IMG/VR virus record: IMGVR_UViG_3300026094_000002 | Length of the DNA stretch: 64,000 nt | Strand: one strand, 5' to 3' | Origin: a virus | Lineage: Duplodnaviria; Caudoviricetes | Part shown: positions 27,453-35,440 of the stretch, piece after piece | How positions within the stretch are numbered: the stretch's first letter is position 1 | Layout: every line of letters begins with the position of its first letter | Position numbers and translations under genes: made by a program | The notes under the pieces: model-generated | What the model was told of the DNA's origin: nothing | Database searches by the model: none | Seen by the model: the letters and a program-made list of their open reading frames with translations, nothing else

Positions 27453-27878
27453 TTATGCTGCCTTCTTTTTACTTTCTACAAACTTATATGAGCGGTTGCA
27501 ACGACCGATTTCCATATGAATGTAAAAAGCAGTGTCAAAGTAATCAACCATGGCATCAGAGTTGTTATACCATGCCCGACCACCTTCTGCATTTGCTGGT
27601 GCAGTCTTGATGACATCAAGAATTTCACCAAGAAGATACTGATGATCCCCATAGTTATAAAGATGATGGTGGTTGACCTGTATGTAACCACTGAAGTTGA
27701 CGATATCTCCAGTGATGAAGTTACGTAGTTCAATATCAGAAAAATCACAATCACCAGAAAGAATGGATACAGTAACTGCAAGACCATCATCTTTCCGTAC
27801 AGAAAACTTCATTGTCGGGAACCAGTTCTTGAGTTCATTGCGAATAGCACGGACTTCTTCGGTAGTGATGTAAGCCAT
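27453..27878 (-). CDS. LPD29-like domain protein
   Basis: MAYITTEEVRAIRNELK..FPTMKFSVR...DAMVDYFD. Confidence 0.7.
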   Translation of the reverse strand: MAYITTEEVRAIRNELKNWFPTMKFSVRKDDGLAVTVSILSGDCDFSDIELRNFITGDIVNFSGYIQVNHHHLYNYGDHQYLLGEILDVIKTAPANAEGGRAWYNNSDAMVDYFDTAFYIHMEIGRCNRSYKFVESKKKAA

Positions 27879-27922
27879 TTTCGTTGCCTCTTTTTTTAAC
27901 CAACAAGGATAGTATATCAATA

Positions 27923-28129
27923 CTACTGTAGTTCTGCAAGGGTTTTTTCAAATTCGGCTTTCATGACATAGATTGCATCGAGTGCCCGTTCACGCTCTTC
28001 TTTGTCTTCAATGAGCATATACTTTGCAATATTGCTGTCACAAGCATCAATATAAGACTGAATGGTTTCTTTCATGACTTGTTGCCTCTGCTTTGCCTTA
28101 AGTCTGAGTACGATTATACAGACTACCAC
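27923..28129 (-). CDS. hypothetical protein
   Basis: ORF track; start probably at the internal Met. Confidence 0.5.
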   Translation of the reverse strand: MVVCIIVLRLKAKQRQQVMKETIQSYIDACDSNIAKYMLIEDKEERERALDAIYVMKAEFEKTLAELQ

Positions 28130-28178
28130 AAAGAAGTCAACAGTTAGATATGTTTGCGTTTAGTTTTTATACGCAATA

Positions 28179-28610
28179 TTAGTTGCGTTTAGAATCATCA
28201 ACAACTTCTACATCAACATACTCAGAGTAGTACCCATTTGATGACCCATACCAACGAATAGTCACAAAACCTTTATTTGTGGCGAATTTGTAAAATGTCC
28301 ATGTATATGATTCATCATATTCATTTAGCGGGCCTTCGTCATCACGGTTACTGACTTCTTCTGCCTGAAGTAGTGGAGAACCAATTAAGTCATCTAAGTC
28401 ACCACAAACGTCTTCAATAAACACATCTTCACAGCAGTCTTGTTGATGATACATATGAACATATACTGCATCGCTTAGATACAATTTTAGTTCATCATGC
28501 TTTTTATCAATGTGAGTAATACAATGACCTAACAAGTCATCAAACTTTTCAACTGGTCCAACAAGATGATTAAATGTTTCCAAGGTATTCATGATTAACC
28601 CTCGTATCAA
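28179..28610 (-). CDS. conserved phage protein
   Basis: MYHQQDCCEDV..ED..GDLDDLIGSP...TWTFYK..T.KG.VTIRW.G.SNGYYSE. Confidence 0.8.
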   Translation of the reverse strand: MIRGLIMNTLETFNHLVGPVEKFDDLLGHCITHIDKKHDELKLYLSDAVYVHMYHQQDCCEDVFIEDVCGDLDDLIGSPLLQAEEVSNRDDEGPLNEYDESYTWTFYKFATNKGFVTIRWYGSSNGYYSEYVDVEVVDDSKRN

Positions 28611-29029
28611 GGTTTGCGGGTCATTTCTTGTGCACCACTCTCATCTGGCTCAAATCCAAACCGTTTATACCAATTTTTTAACTGACTTGTCTTGGTTGAT
28701 GCATACCCCTTGGCATACAAATGGAGTGGTACTTTGTGTTTTTCAGACAATCTTATGAGATATTGAAGTGCTCTTGTGCCAGCACCAGAACCGGGTTCAT
28801 GAGACTGAATATTTTTAATACGAACTCCGTCACCATCGTATTCTATTACTACATGAGCATTGCCAATAATTCTGGCGTTATTGTTGAATGGGTGCTGAGA
28901 CGTGTTGGCAATCAGTTCTCTCATAAACTGGTCACCACGCTTTCTATTTTCTTCTCCCTGTGCCCCCTGTGGGCCAAACCCACGAAGTTTGATTCTGTTA
29001 TCTGTAATATATTGTTTAGGATTAATCAT
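28607..29029 (-). CDS. GNAT-fold acetyltransferase-like protein
   Basis: PGSGAGTRAL (acetyl-CoA loop) and LKNWYKRFGF. Confidence 0.75.
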   Translation of the reverse strand: MINPKQYITDNRIKLRGFGPQGAQGEENRKRGDQFMRELIANTSQHPFNNNARIIGNAHVVIEYDGDGVRIKNIQSHEPGSGAGTRALQYLIRLSEKHKVPLHLYAKGYASTKTSQLKNWYKRFGFEPDESGAQEMTRKP

Positions 29030-29044
29030 TTTGATATTTATAAA

Positions 29045-29121
29045 TGGTTCGGGAAGACGGAATCGAACCGAGTCATCTCTGGATTCAAAGTCCAGCGTTC
29101 TGCCAATTAAACTATTCCCGA
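29045..29121 (-). tRNA. tRNA-Gln(UUG)
   Basis: CTGGA-CTTTGAA-TCCAG; encoded CCA. Confidence 0.92.
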
Positions 29122-29130
29122 ATAAAATCG

Positions 29131-29940
29131 TTATCCTACGAATGCACGTTCAAGAACAAATGAACAGGGAGTTTTTCTGCCACCTTGTACCCAGTTCTTG
29201 CTTTTTAGGATGTCACGAATTTCTACATTAAAATCCATGTTTCCACAAAGCATGACTTTATCTGTGTCTGGTGCAGCGTCAGTCATTAATATGCCTTTCC
29301 TAATCAAATCAGTAATACGCTGCGTAAATCCACCCCATGTACCATCTTGAGTGACAACAGGAATATAATCTACACCTGCATCTTTTAGAAATTCATCATA
29401 TGCCGCAAGTTCATCAGCGGTTCTCACACTCCAAACAAGGTGAAGATTTTCATACTTTTCCTTGGTAGCGGCGTCTCGTAGCAAACTAATAAATGGGGCA
29501 ATACCAGTGCCTGTTGCCAGCATCCAAAGGTCTTTACCATCGCTTAGATTATCAAGGATTAAACTGCCCGTTGGCTGGTTACTGACATAAACGGTATCTC
29601 CAACTACAATGTTCTGCAACTTACTAGTAAGAGGACCATCTGGAACCTTGATACTATAGAATTCTAAGTAATCGTCACTAGGACTTGAAGTAATACTATA
29701 TGCACGTTTAGGAGCGTCATCAATACTAATCATAGTAAAGTCGCCAGCAGTAAATTCAAAGTTGTCTGGCTTTGTCACTCTAAACCGAAAAAGATTATCA
29801 GTATAATGTTCTACTTCGGTTACAGTCATCAGTCCCTGTTCTTCTGCCAGAAACCGCTGATACTCAACCTGATATTCTTCTTCTGAGAGGTTGTGCCAAC
29901 CTCTACAACCGTCTGGTGATCTGCCACATCCACATGTCAT
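29131..29940 (-). CDS. fpr: ferredoxin/flavodoxin-NADP+ reductase with N-terminal CDGSH-like motif
   Basis: RAYSITS, GPLTSKL, LATGTGIAPFISLL, MLCGN, ERAF; N-terminal CGCGRSPDGCRGWH. Confidence 0.9.
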   Translation of the reverse strand: MTCGCGRSPDGCRGWHNLSEEEYQVEYQRFLAEEQGLMTVTEVEHYTDNLFRFRVTKPDNFEFTAGDFTMISIDDAPKRAYSITSSPSDDYLEFYSIKVPDGPLTSKLQNIVVGDTVYVSNQPTGSLILDNLSDGKDLWMLATGTGIAPFISLLRDAATKEKYENLHLVWSVRTADELAAYDEFLKDAGVDYIPVVTQDGTWGGFTQRITDLIRKGILMTDAAPDTDKVMLCGNMDFNVEIRDILKSKNWVQGGRKTPCSFVLERAFVG

Positions 29941-29965
29941 ATGTTTTATTTCCTATTTTAATGTA

Positions 29966-30041
29966 TGGTGGGTGCGGAGGGTCTCGAACCCCCGGCCAGC
30001 GGATTAAAAGTCCGATGCTCTACCAACTGAGCTACGCACCC
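29966..30041 (-). tRNA. tRNA-Lys(UUU)
   Basis: Cloverleaf with CTTTTAA loop; encoded CCA. Confidence 0.93.
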
Positions 30042-30108
30042 GTTTTAAAACTTATTTCAATATGTGTAGACTATCAGTAAATGATTTCTCAGTCAATGTT
30101 TTTTTAAA

Positions 30109-30318
30109 TTAATAATCTACAACAGAACGGTACATTGAATATGTCAAAACAGCCAACCCAGCTAATATTTTAACAACCCCAAGATACTCAACTGTCCAGC
30201 AATCAAAAAAACTGCCTGACTGTTGTGCTGCAACACCAATTGCTATTAATATTCCGGCTACTGTTTGTCGCCTTTCGCAAGAGTCTATTCTTGCTTTTAA
30301 TATTGAATTTTCACTCAT
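30109..30318 (-). CDS. small membrane protein
   Basis: Two hydrophobic segments. Confidence 0.55.
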   Translation of the reverse strand: MSENSILKARIDSCERRQTVAGILIAIGVAAQQSGSFFDCWTVEYLGVVKILAGLAVLTYSMYRSVVDY

Positions 30319-30500
30319 GATATACCCTGAAGTTCTGCATACTTTTCGTATGATACTTTAAACTCTGACCCACAAGTATCACAAATCATACGCCCCAAAT
30401 ACTCACTGGTTTCTTGTTTAATCATTGGACAGATAATGCCCTGCTCACATGCAGGGCACTGTCTTGGGTCATTTCTAATATCATCTACAATATCAACCAT
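30315..30500 (-). CDS. Zn-ribbon protein
   Basis: CPAC...CDTC. Confidence 0.65.
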   Translation of the reverse strand: MVDIVDDIRNDPRQCPACEQGIICPMIKQETSEYLGRMICDTCGSEFKVSYEKYAELQGIS

Positions 30501-30514
30501 GACTACTTTTCCTA

Positions 30515-30691
30515 TTACTTGATAGATCGTAATTTAGATCGTAGTTCTACAACAAAGTATGTTGCAAAAATCAGAAAGTAGATGCCGACTGCAACAAAGA
30601 TAGGAGAGAAAACATATAACCAACTCCAATCAATAACTGCGGTTAGTTTGAGTACGATGAATACAATTGTAAGTGTTTCAAGAAATCCCAT
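30515..30691 (-). CDS. 58-aa membrane protein (below ORF cutoff)
   Basis: MGFLETLTIVFIVLKLTAVIDWSWLYVFSP...; AGAGG RBS. Confidence 0.7.
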   Translation of the reverse strand: MGFLETLTIVFIVLKLTAVIDWSWLYVFSPIFVAVGIYFLIFATYFVVELRSKLRSIK

Positions 30692-30750
30692 TTTTAAATC
30701 CTCTTGGTATATTTCAAGTTATTTCAATATATGCTTTAACAGTTGAGTTG

Positions 30751-31002
30751 TCAACCCCGGCGTTGAAGACGATGTTCTTTGCCGCGATCATGTGCTCCAA
30801 TTAACCACACGCCACCAAACAACACAAGCATCATAACAGCACCTAATACACTACCCATCCAACCTCGCTCTGAACCAGCCACCGCATCTAGTACGACAGG
30901 GCCGATGAGCGGTAAGGTTCCCGGGTGCGATCCGTATCGTTCAAGATAACCTGAACCAGATATACAATCTTGAATACGCTGTTTGATCATGCTGTAACCC
31001 AT
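30751..31002 (-). CDS. possible small membrane protein
   Basis: One TM segment; composition atypical for this window. Confidence 0.35.
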   Translation of the reverse strand: MGYSMIKQRIQDCISGSGYLERYGSHPGTLPLIGPVVLDAVAGSERGWMGSVLGAVMMLVLFGGVWLIGAHDRGKEHRLQRRG

Positions 31003-31325
31003 TTTACTTCGTGTTCTGTGACTATTGCCTCTGAACCATCATACTCTTCGATAAAGAAACGAACACCCTCGGGCAACCACGCCACCTGAAGAGCATCTGC
31101 ACCGCCCGGGAAGAAATGGTTGTCACCCTGATTCCACTTCTCTCGTGCTCGCCCTTCAATTGCGTCTGCTTGTTCGCGGTCAAGTACCATTTGGACTATC
31201 TCAGGGTCAAAGATGCACTCTGGGCAGCCTGTGTTCCAAGAAAACCAACCGCCACCAAAGCCCGGCGAGTATAGCACTGCGACTTTTCTTTCACGAATAA
31301 TCTTGTTCATTGACATATCAAGCAT
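30987..31325 (-). CDS. conserved phage hypothetical protein
   Basis: VAVLYSPGFGGGW...FDP...FFIEEYDGSE. Confidence 0.8.
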   Translation of the reverse strand: MLDMSMNKIIRERKVAVLYSPGFGGGWFSWNTGCPECIFDPEIVQMVLDREQADAIEGRAREKWNQGDNHFFPGGADALQVAWLPEGVRFFIEEYDGSEAIVTEHEVKWVTA

Positions 31326-31392
31326 CCTTTTTAACTAACACTTGTGTGCAGAATACAGGCGAGGGGAGTGCTTGTCAAGTATTATTGTGCAA

Positions 31393-31920
31393 TTATTTGT
31401 AATAAGGATTGCTGGGGTCAGCATCGTTTGATTTGTCAGGCCACCAATCGTTTTCATATTTTTCGCCTTTCTCAAACATACGCTTCATTGATTTAATACG
31501 CTTTTCATATTCTGCTTTTGAAGGCTTAACATTATTAGTAACAACATCGATAACATATTGCAGCGTTACCGCATTAGCAGTAAGTGTAGCACAGCGTCCA
31601 CCCACTTCACCCTTAAGGTGGTCAATTAGGATGCTTTCTGAACTTTTGGCAAATTCATCAGAGAGTTCATGTGGGATATCCAAATCAATATATGAATAAA
31701 CAAAATCGTAATGTGGGGTTGGTGAACTATGAAGGATATATTCATCCAACACTTCAATACGCTTGAATCCATCTTTGTTGTACCAAACTGCACGTTCTGT
31801 TGTTAGTTCGTCAGGTTTGCCAAAAGTTTTTTGTAAGTGTTTAATATAATTTACTGGATCTTGGTTGTTCCACTGAGAAAGTGGATCTTTATCCTCGGAT
31901 AAGATATCTTTTATTTTCAT
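31393..31920 (-). CDS. late protein of unknown function
   Basis: AATAAATA box 6 nt before ATG; N-terminus MKIKDILSE. Confidence 0.75.
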   Translation of the reverse strand: MKIKDILSEDKDPLSQWNNQDPVNYIKHLQKTFGKPDELTTERAVWYNKDGFKRIEVLDEYILHSSPTPHYDFVYSYIDLDIPHELSDEFAKSSESILIDHLKGEVGGRCATLTANAVTLQYVIDVVTNNVKPSKAEYEKRIKSMKRMFEKGEKYENDWWPDKSNDADPSNPYYK

Positions 31921-31966
31921 ACAGTGTATTTATTAAGATATGGGAGATTGAGAAAGGATATGAATG

Positions 31967-32044
31967 CTCCGGCGGTAGGAGTCGAACCTACATAAATGAC
32001 GCTGATTAACAGTCAGCCGCTTTTACCATCTCAGCCACGCCGGA
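31967..32044 (-). tRNA. tRNA-Asn(GUU)
   Basis: GCTGA-CTGTTAA-TCAGC; CCA not fully encoded. Confidence 0.9.
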
Positions 32045-32077
32045 ATTGACTCTATAATTTATCTTGTGTTTTGAATG

Positions 32078-32599
32078 TTAAATTTTTTCTTTAATTTTTT
32101 GATAAAATGTTTGCATTGGAATTTGGCAGTTGGTTTCAGTTCGTATTAATTTTAACATAGCCGGGTCATTCAACTCGATATTATCAAAAAATCCCGGATA
32201 ATAATCATCATATTGATCATCTGCCATATCTAATAATTCGTCTGTGTTTGTTTTTCCTGTGCCATCGTAATACTGCCCATTTACTTTTAAAATAATATGA
32301 TAGATATCAGTTTCTGCGTTAATAACATCATCTATAGTTTCAGTGGACACAGTTGTTTTGCTGATAGTTTGAGTACCTTGATTAGATATTTCGGTGCTTG
32401 TAAGATCATCTACTTCTCTGAATGTAAAAGCAAGTTTTGGATTTAAGCCTTTTTCTTTAAGAATTTTACCTAATGCTAACGCAAAATTTCCACAGTTGCC
32501 ACTGCTAAGATTATCAGTGCCAAATATGTTTTGTGCAATTTTTATAATATTTTCGATTGTATTTGTATTGTTGTTTTCAACTTCAAAAATTTTAACCAT
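32078..32599 (-). CDS. putative Cys-His-Asp papain/transglutaminase-like protein
   Basis: GNCGNFALAL...YHIIL...YYDGTG. Confidence 0.55.
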   Translation of the reverse strand: MVKIFEVENNNTNTIENIIKIAQNIFGTDNLSSGNCGNFALALGKILKEKGLNPKLAFTFREVDDLTSTEISNQGTQTISKTTVSTETIDDVINAETDIYHIILKVNGQYYDGTGKTNTDELLDMADDQYDDYYPGFFDNIELNDPAMLKLIRTETNCQIPMQTFYQKIKEKI

Positions 32600-33477
32600 T
32601 ATCTATCTATCCATTTTTGATACACAAACTCGCCCAAATCATCAATCGTTCGCAAATTATTTTTCTTCATAAACGCGACAATTTGAGTCATCAAGTTTCT
32701 GTATTTTTTATCAGATACTGCATTGTGAAAATCTACACGCACAGATTCTTTGTCCATTCCCGGCCATTTTCTTAGAAATTTATCAATTCGGGTTTTTGCA
32801 TCTGCAGGAATGTTATCTTCTGGGTCAAACTTTAATCCTAAAAATATAGCAGGAACTGCGTCACCAACATACATTTCTTTTCTCGGTGGAGTGTATGGTC
32901 TACGCTTTTCTAAATTAGCAAGATTTCGCTTTAACTCCTCTCTTACCGCCTTTTCTGATAATGCATTTTTACCAAGGTTTCTATCTTCTTTACTATCATA
33001 AAATTTTATTGGTATGCCGCTTTTTTTAGCCATGCTATAAATTTTAAAAATATTGTCTGCTTGACCAGCATTGAACTCCATGACTAACTCTATCATTAGA
33101 ATATATTTTTTGGCATTGGTTATGTTAGGTTTTTGCGAGAAAACACGATCTTCTTGCTCATATTCACCACCACTGACTTCTCTCCATGATGGGCCATAAT
33201 AATCCATACCATAACCAGAATAATTTTGTTTTAGTTTTTGACCATCAAGTGTTAATACTGGAGATCCACTGTCACTAATATATTTGCTGTTTTTTGTTCT
33301 GGCAGTAGACATAAAGTACAAGTCTGTCTTTCGTCTGGTTGATTCTTGTTCTGATGGTTTAGCAAATGTTGGACGCAGTTCAAATTGGTCTTTTTCAAGA
33401 ATTTGTTTTAGATTTCCAAATCCAGTGCGATGAAAAATTATATCAGAAATACCTTCAAATAGGTCAGTAACTATCAC
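32599..33477 (-). CDS. putative ADP-ribosyltransferase-fold protein
   Basis: IFHRT...FMSTAR...EQEDRV spacing. Confidence 0.5.
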   Translation of the reverse strand: MIVTDLFEGISDIIFHRTGFGNLKQILEKDQFELRPTFAKPSEQESTRRKTDLYFMSTARTKNSKYISDSGSPVLTLDGQKLKQNYSGYGMDYYGPSWREVSGGEYEQEDRVFSQKPNITNAKKYILMIELVMEFNAGQADNIFKIYSMAKKSGIPIKFYDSKEDRNLGKNALSEKAVREELKRNLANLEKRRPYTPPRKEMYVGDAVPAIFLGLKFDPEDNIPADAKTRIDKFLRKWPGMDKESVRVDFHNAVSDKKYRNLMTQIVAFMKKNNLRTIDDLGEFVYQKWIDR

Positions 33478-33543
33478 TTCATAATCCTATGTTTATTAAG
33501 GTATTTAGTTATTAAAGAGGGTTTGGTTCAAATGACTTTACTA

Positions 33544-33578
33544 TAGAAGGCTGGTTCTATCCAACTGAGATACAGGCC
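33544..33578 (-). pseudogene. 5' half remnant of a canonical tRNA-Arg(UCU)
   Basis: GGCCTGTATCTCAGTTGGATAGAACCAGCCTTCTA; no T arm or acceptor 3' strand follows. Confidence 0.55.
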
Positions 33579-33586
33579 GAGTGTAT

Positions 33587-33660
33587 TGGTGCCCGGTGAG
33601 AGAATCGAACTCCCAACAACGGATTACAAAACCGTGGTTATACCATTTAACTAACCGGGC
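33587..33660 (-). tRNA. tRNA-Thr(UGU)
   Basis: Cloverleaf with TTTGTAA loop; encoded CCA. Confidence 0.92.
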
Positions 33661-33689
33661 AAAAAATTGCCGAGCGATTAACTCGGCAA
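33661..33689 (-). terminator. intrinsic terminator-like hairpin between tRNA-Leu and tRNA-Thr
   Basis: TTGCCGAG/CTCGGCAA stem followed by a T6 tract. Confidence 0.6.
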
Positions 33690-33743
33690 CTGTCTGATGG
33701 CAATTGTATTTAAACAGTTTAAAATACCATCAGAATTTTTATT

Positions 33744-33828
33744 TGGTGCCCGGAGCGAGACTCGAACTCGCACGCCTTGCGGCAAAGGATTTTAAATCCT
33801 CAGTGACTACCCATTCCACCACCCGGGC
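33744..33828 (-). tRNA. tRNA-Leu(UAA)
   Basis: TTTAAAA loop, variable arm, encoded CCA. Confidence 0.93.
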
Positions 33829-33862
33829 ATTTTTAGTATGCTACACCGTATAGCATCATATG

Positions 33863-34510
33863 TCAAGGGATTAGCACTTCTCTATTTTTTGCTTTTTGGT
33901 ACAGTTCAGAATCTTGAGATAGATATTTGTCAAAAATTTCTGAGTGGTCTTTATAGATTTTATCAATTATCCAATCTTTGTATGATGCATCATAGTCAGA
34001 GGAATTAACTTTGGTATTAGGAAGACTAATTCTGGATTTTAATCCAACTTGTTGAAGTCCAGATTCCACACCATCAGCAAAAAAATCTTCCATTGTGATA
34101 AGTTGGCATTGTTTTTTCCATTCAGATGGTGCGTTATCTACAAAAAACGATTGCGGCATTAGGTGTTCAACACCAACTTTTATATAATTCTCATTAGATA
34201 AATCTTTATCATACAAGAATGCTTGAAAGAACTCGTCAAATCTTTCTTCTACATTTATCATATATTTGTAAATGCTTATAAATCTTTCTAATGGCTCACG
34301 AACAATACAAAAACTTCGTGGTTCGGTGGATGGGTTATCAATAAAATGCATCGTGTTTCTAATATAGGACGATGCATTTTTGGGTATATTTAAGAAGAAT
34401 ATTTTATCAATCGCAGAATTACGATAGTAGTAATGCTGTCCTACAGTTTTTAAACTGGAAAAAATAATCTTGGCATTACTGTTTGCATGAATGTTGGCTG
34501 AAGGTATCAT
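33863..34510 (-). CDS. sulfotransferase family 2 protein
   Basis: IPKNASS, VREPLERFIS, HLMPQ motifs. Confidence 0.82.
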   Translation of the reverse strand: MIPSANIHANSNAKIIFSSLKTVGQHYYYRNSAIDKIFFLNIPKNASSYIRNTMHFIDNPSTEPRSFCIVREPLERFISIYKYMINVEERFDEFFQAFLYDKDLSNENYIKVGVEHLMPQSFFVDNAPSEWKKQCQLITMEDFFADGVESGLQQVGLKSRISLPNTKVNSSDYDASYKDWIIDKIYKDHSEIFDKYLSQDSELYQKAKNREVLIP

Positions 34511-34532
34511 AATACCTGTATTTAATCAGAGT

Positions 34533-34754
34533 TTATGCTGTGGCTTTTAATTCTGAAAAGCGTTGTATTCTGGCAGAATTGAGTGCATATAGTTCATTGG
34601 ACCAATGCCTTAATGGTTCCATATCAACCGTCGTATCGCCCTCAAGTGATATACTCAGATAATTTTCTATCCAGTCCGATCTATCTTGCACTGCACGGTT
34701 AATCTCTTCAATAGACATTTCAGAAATAGATTTTCCTAATGACATGATATACAA
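34533..34754 (-). CDS. hypothetical protein
   Basis: ORF with GGAG RBS. Confidence 0.6.
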   Translation of the reverse strand: MYIMSLGKSISEMSIEEINRAVQDRSDWIENYLSISLEGDTTVDMEPLRHWSNELYALNSARIQRFSELKATA

Positions 34755-34806
34755 CTTTATACTCCTTTTTTATGGGAGTATTTATGTTGCAGAGCACCAA
34801 ATTATA

Positions 34807-35151
34807 TTATTTGTTTTTGGGGGAGTTTCCAGTAGAATCAAATGTTTCACTTTGTGATTGATAGCGATGAATAATTTCTTCTAATTCATCTCGCTGTTCT
34901 GCTGAAAGATTTTGGTCAATATGAGATTTATGTTCTAAAACCATTGCGAGTTTTGTGTTGAGACGAATCATATCGTTATCCAACATTCTAACTCTATCTA
35001 CTAACTTAATAAGTGTTCCCATTGTCTCGCCAATAACTGGATCAACGGTTTCTGTTACCCATCGCCATATATAATAAATGAACCCACCCATTCCCACTGC
35101 GGCAACAATAGGAAAACCATATTCATTAATGGCATTGACAATGTTATCCAT
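34807..35151 (-). CDS. membrane protein, paralog of 35154-35432
   Basis: YGFPIVAAVGMG...LVDRVRMLDNDMIRL. Confidence 0.8.
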   Translation of the reverse strand: MDNIVNAINEYGFPIVAAVGMGGFIYYIWRWVTETVDPVIGETMGTLIKLVDRVRMLDNDMIRLNTKLAMVLEHKSHIDQNLSAEQRDELEEIIHRYQSQSETFDSTGNSPKNK

Positions 35152-35153
35152 TT

Positions 35154-35432
35154 TTAATCTCGGCGAGCATCATCCTTGCCCTCATTCGCAGCAATCCGCT
35201 CTATGTTTGGTTTAACTCCTAATGCATAACTCATAAGTGCATCTATTTTTACAAGATCATTGTTCATTGTTAAGACACGGTTATCTAATTGAGATATAAT
35301 GTTTTTGAGAGTGTTTAGAGATTCGGTAACACTTGCAAGTATAAATCTCAGCGATATAAAAACAAATGCTCCTGCTACCAGTGCACCAGCAATAGGGAAT
35401 CCAACTTCAGATACAAGTGTTAAAAACTCCAT
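35154..35432 (-). CDS. membrane protein, paralog of 34807-35151
   Basis: VGFPIAGALVAG...LDNRVLTMNNDLVKI; start reassigned to 35432. Confidence 0.8.
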   Translation of the reverse strand: MEFLTLVSEVGFPIAGALVAGAFVFISLRFILASVTESLNTLKNIISQLDNRVLTMNNDLVKIDALMSYALGVKPNIERIAANEGKDDARRD

Positions 35433-35440
35433 AAAAGTAT

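Noticed and set aside
33693-33735. Hairpin TCTGATGG...CCATCAGA after tRNA-Leu as another ncRNA
   Set aside because: A simple short hairpin, most likely a processing or termination signal.
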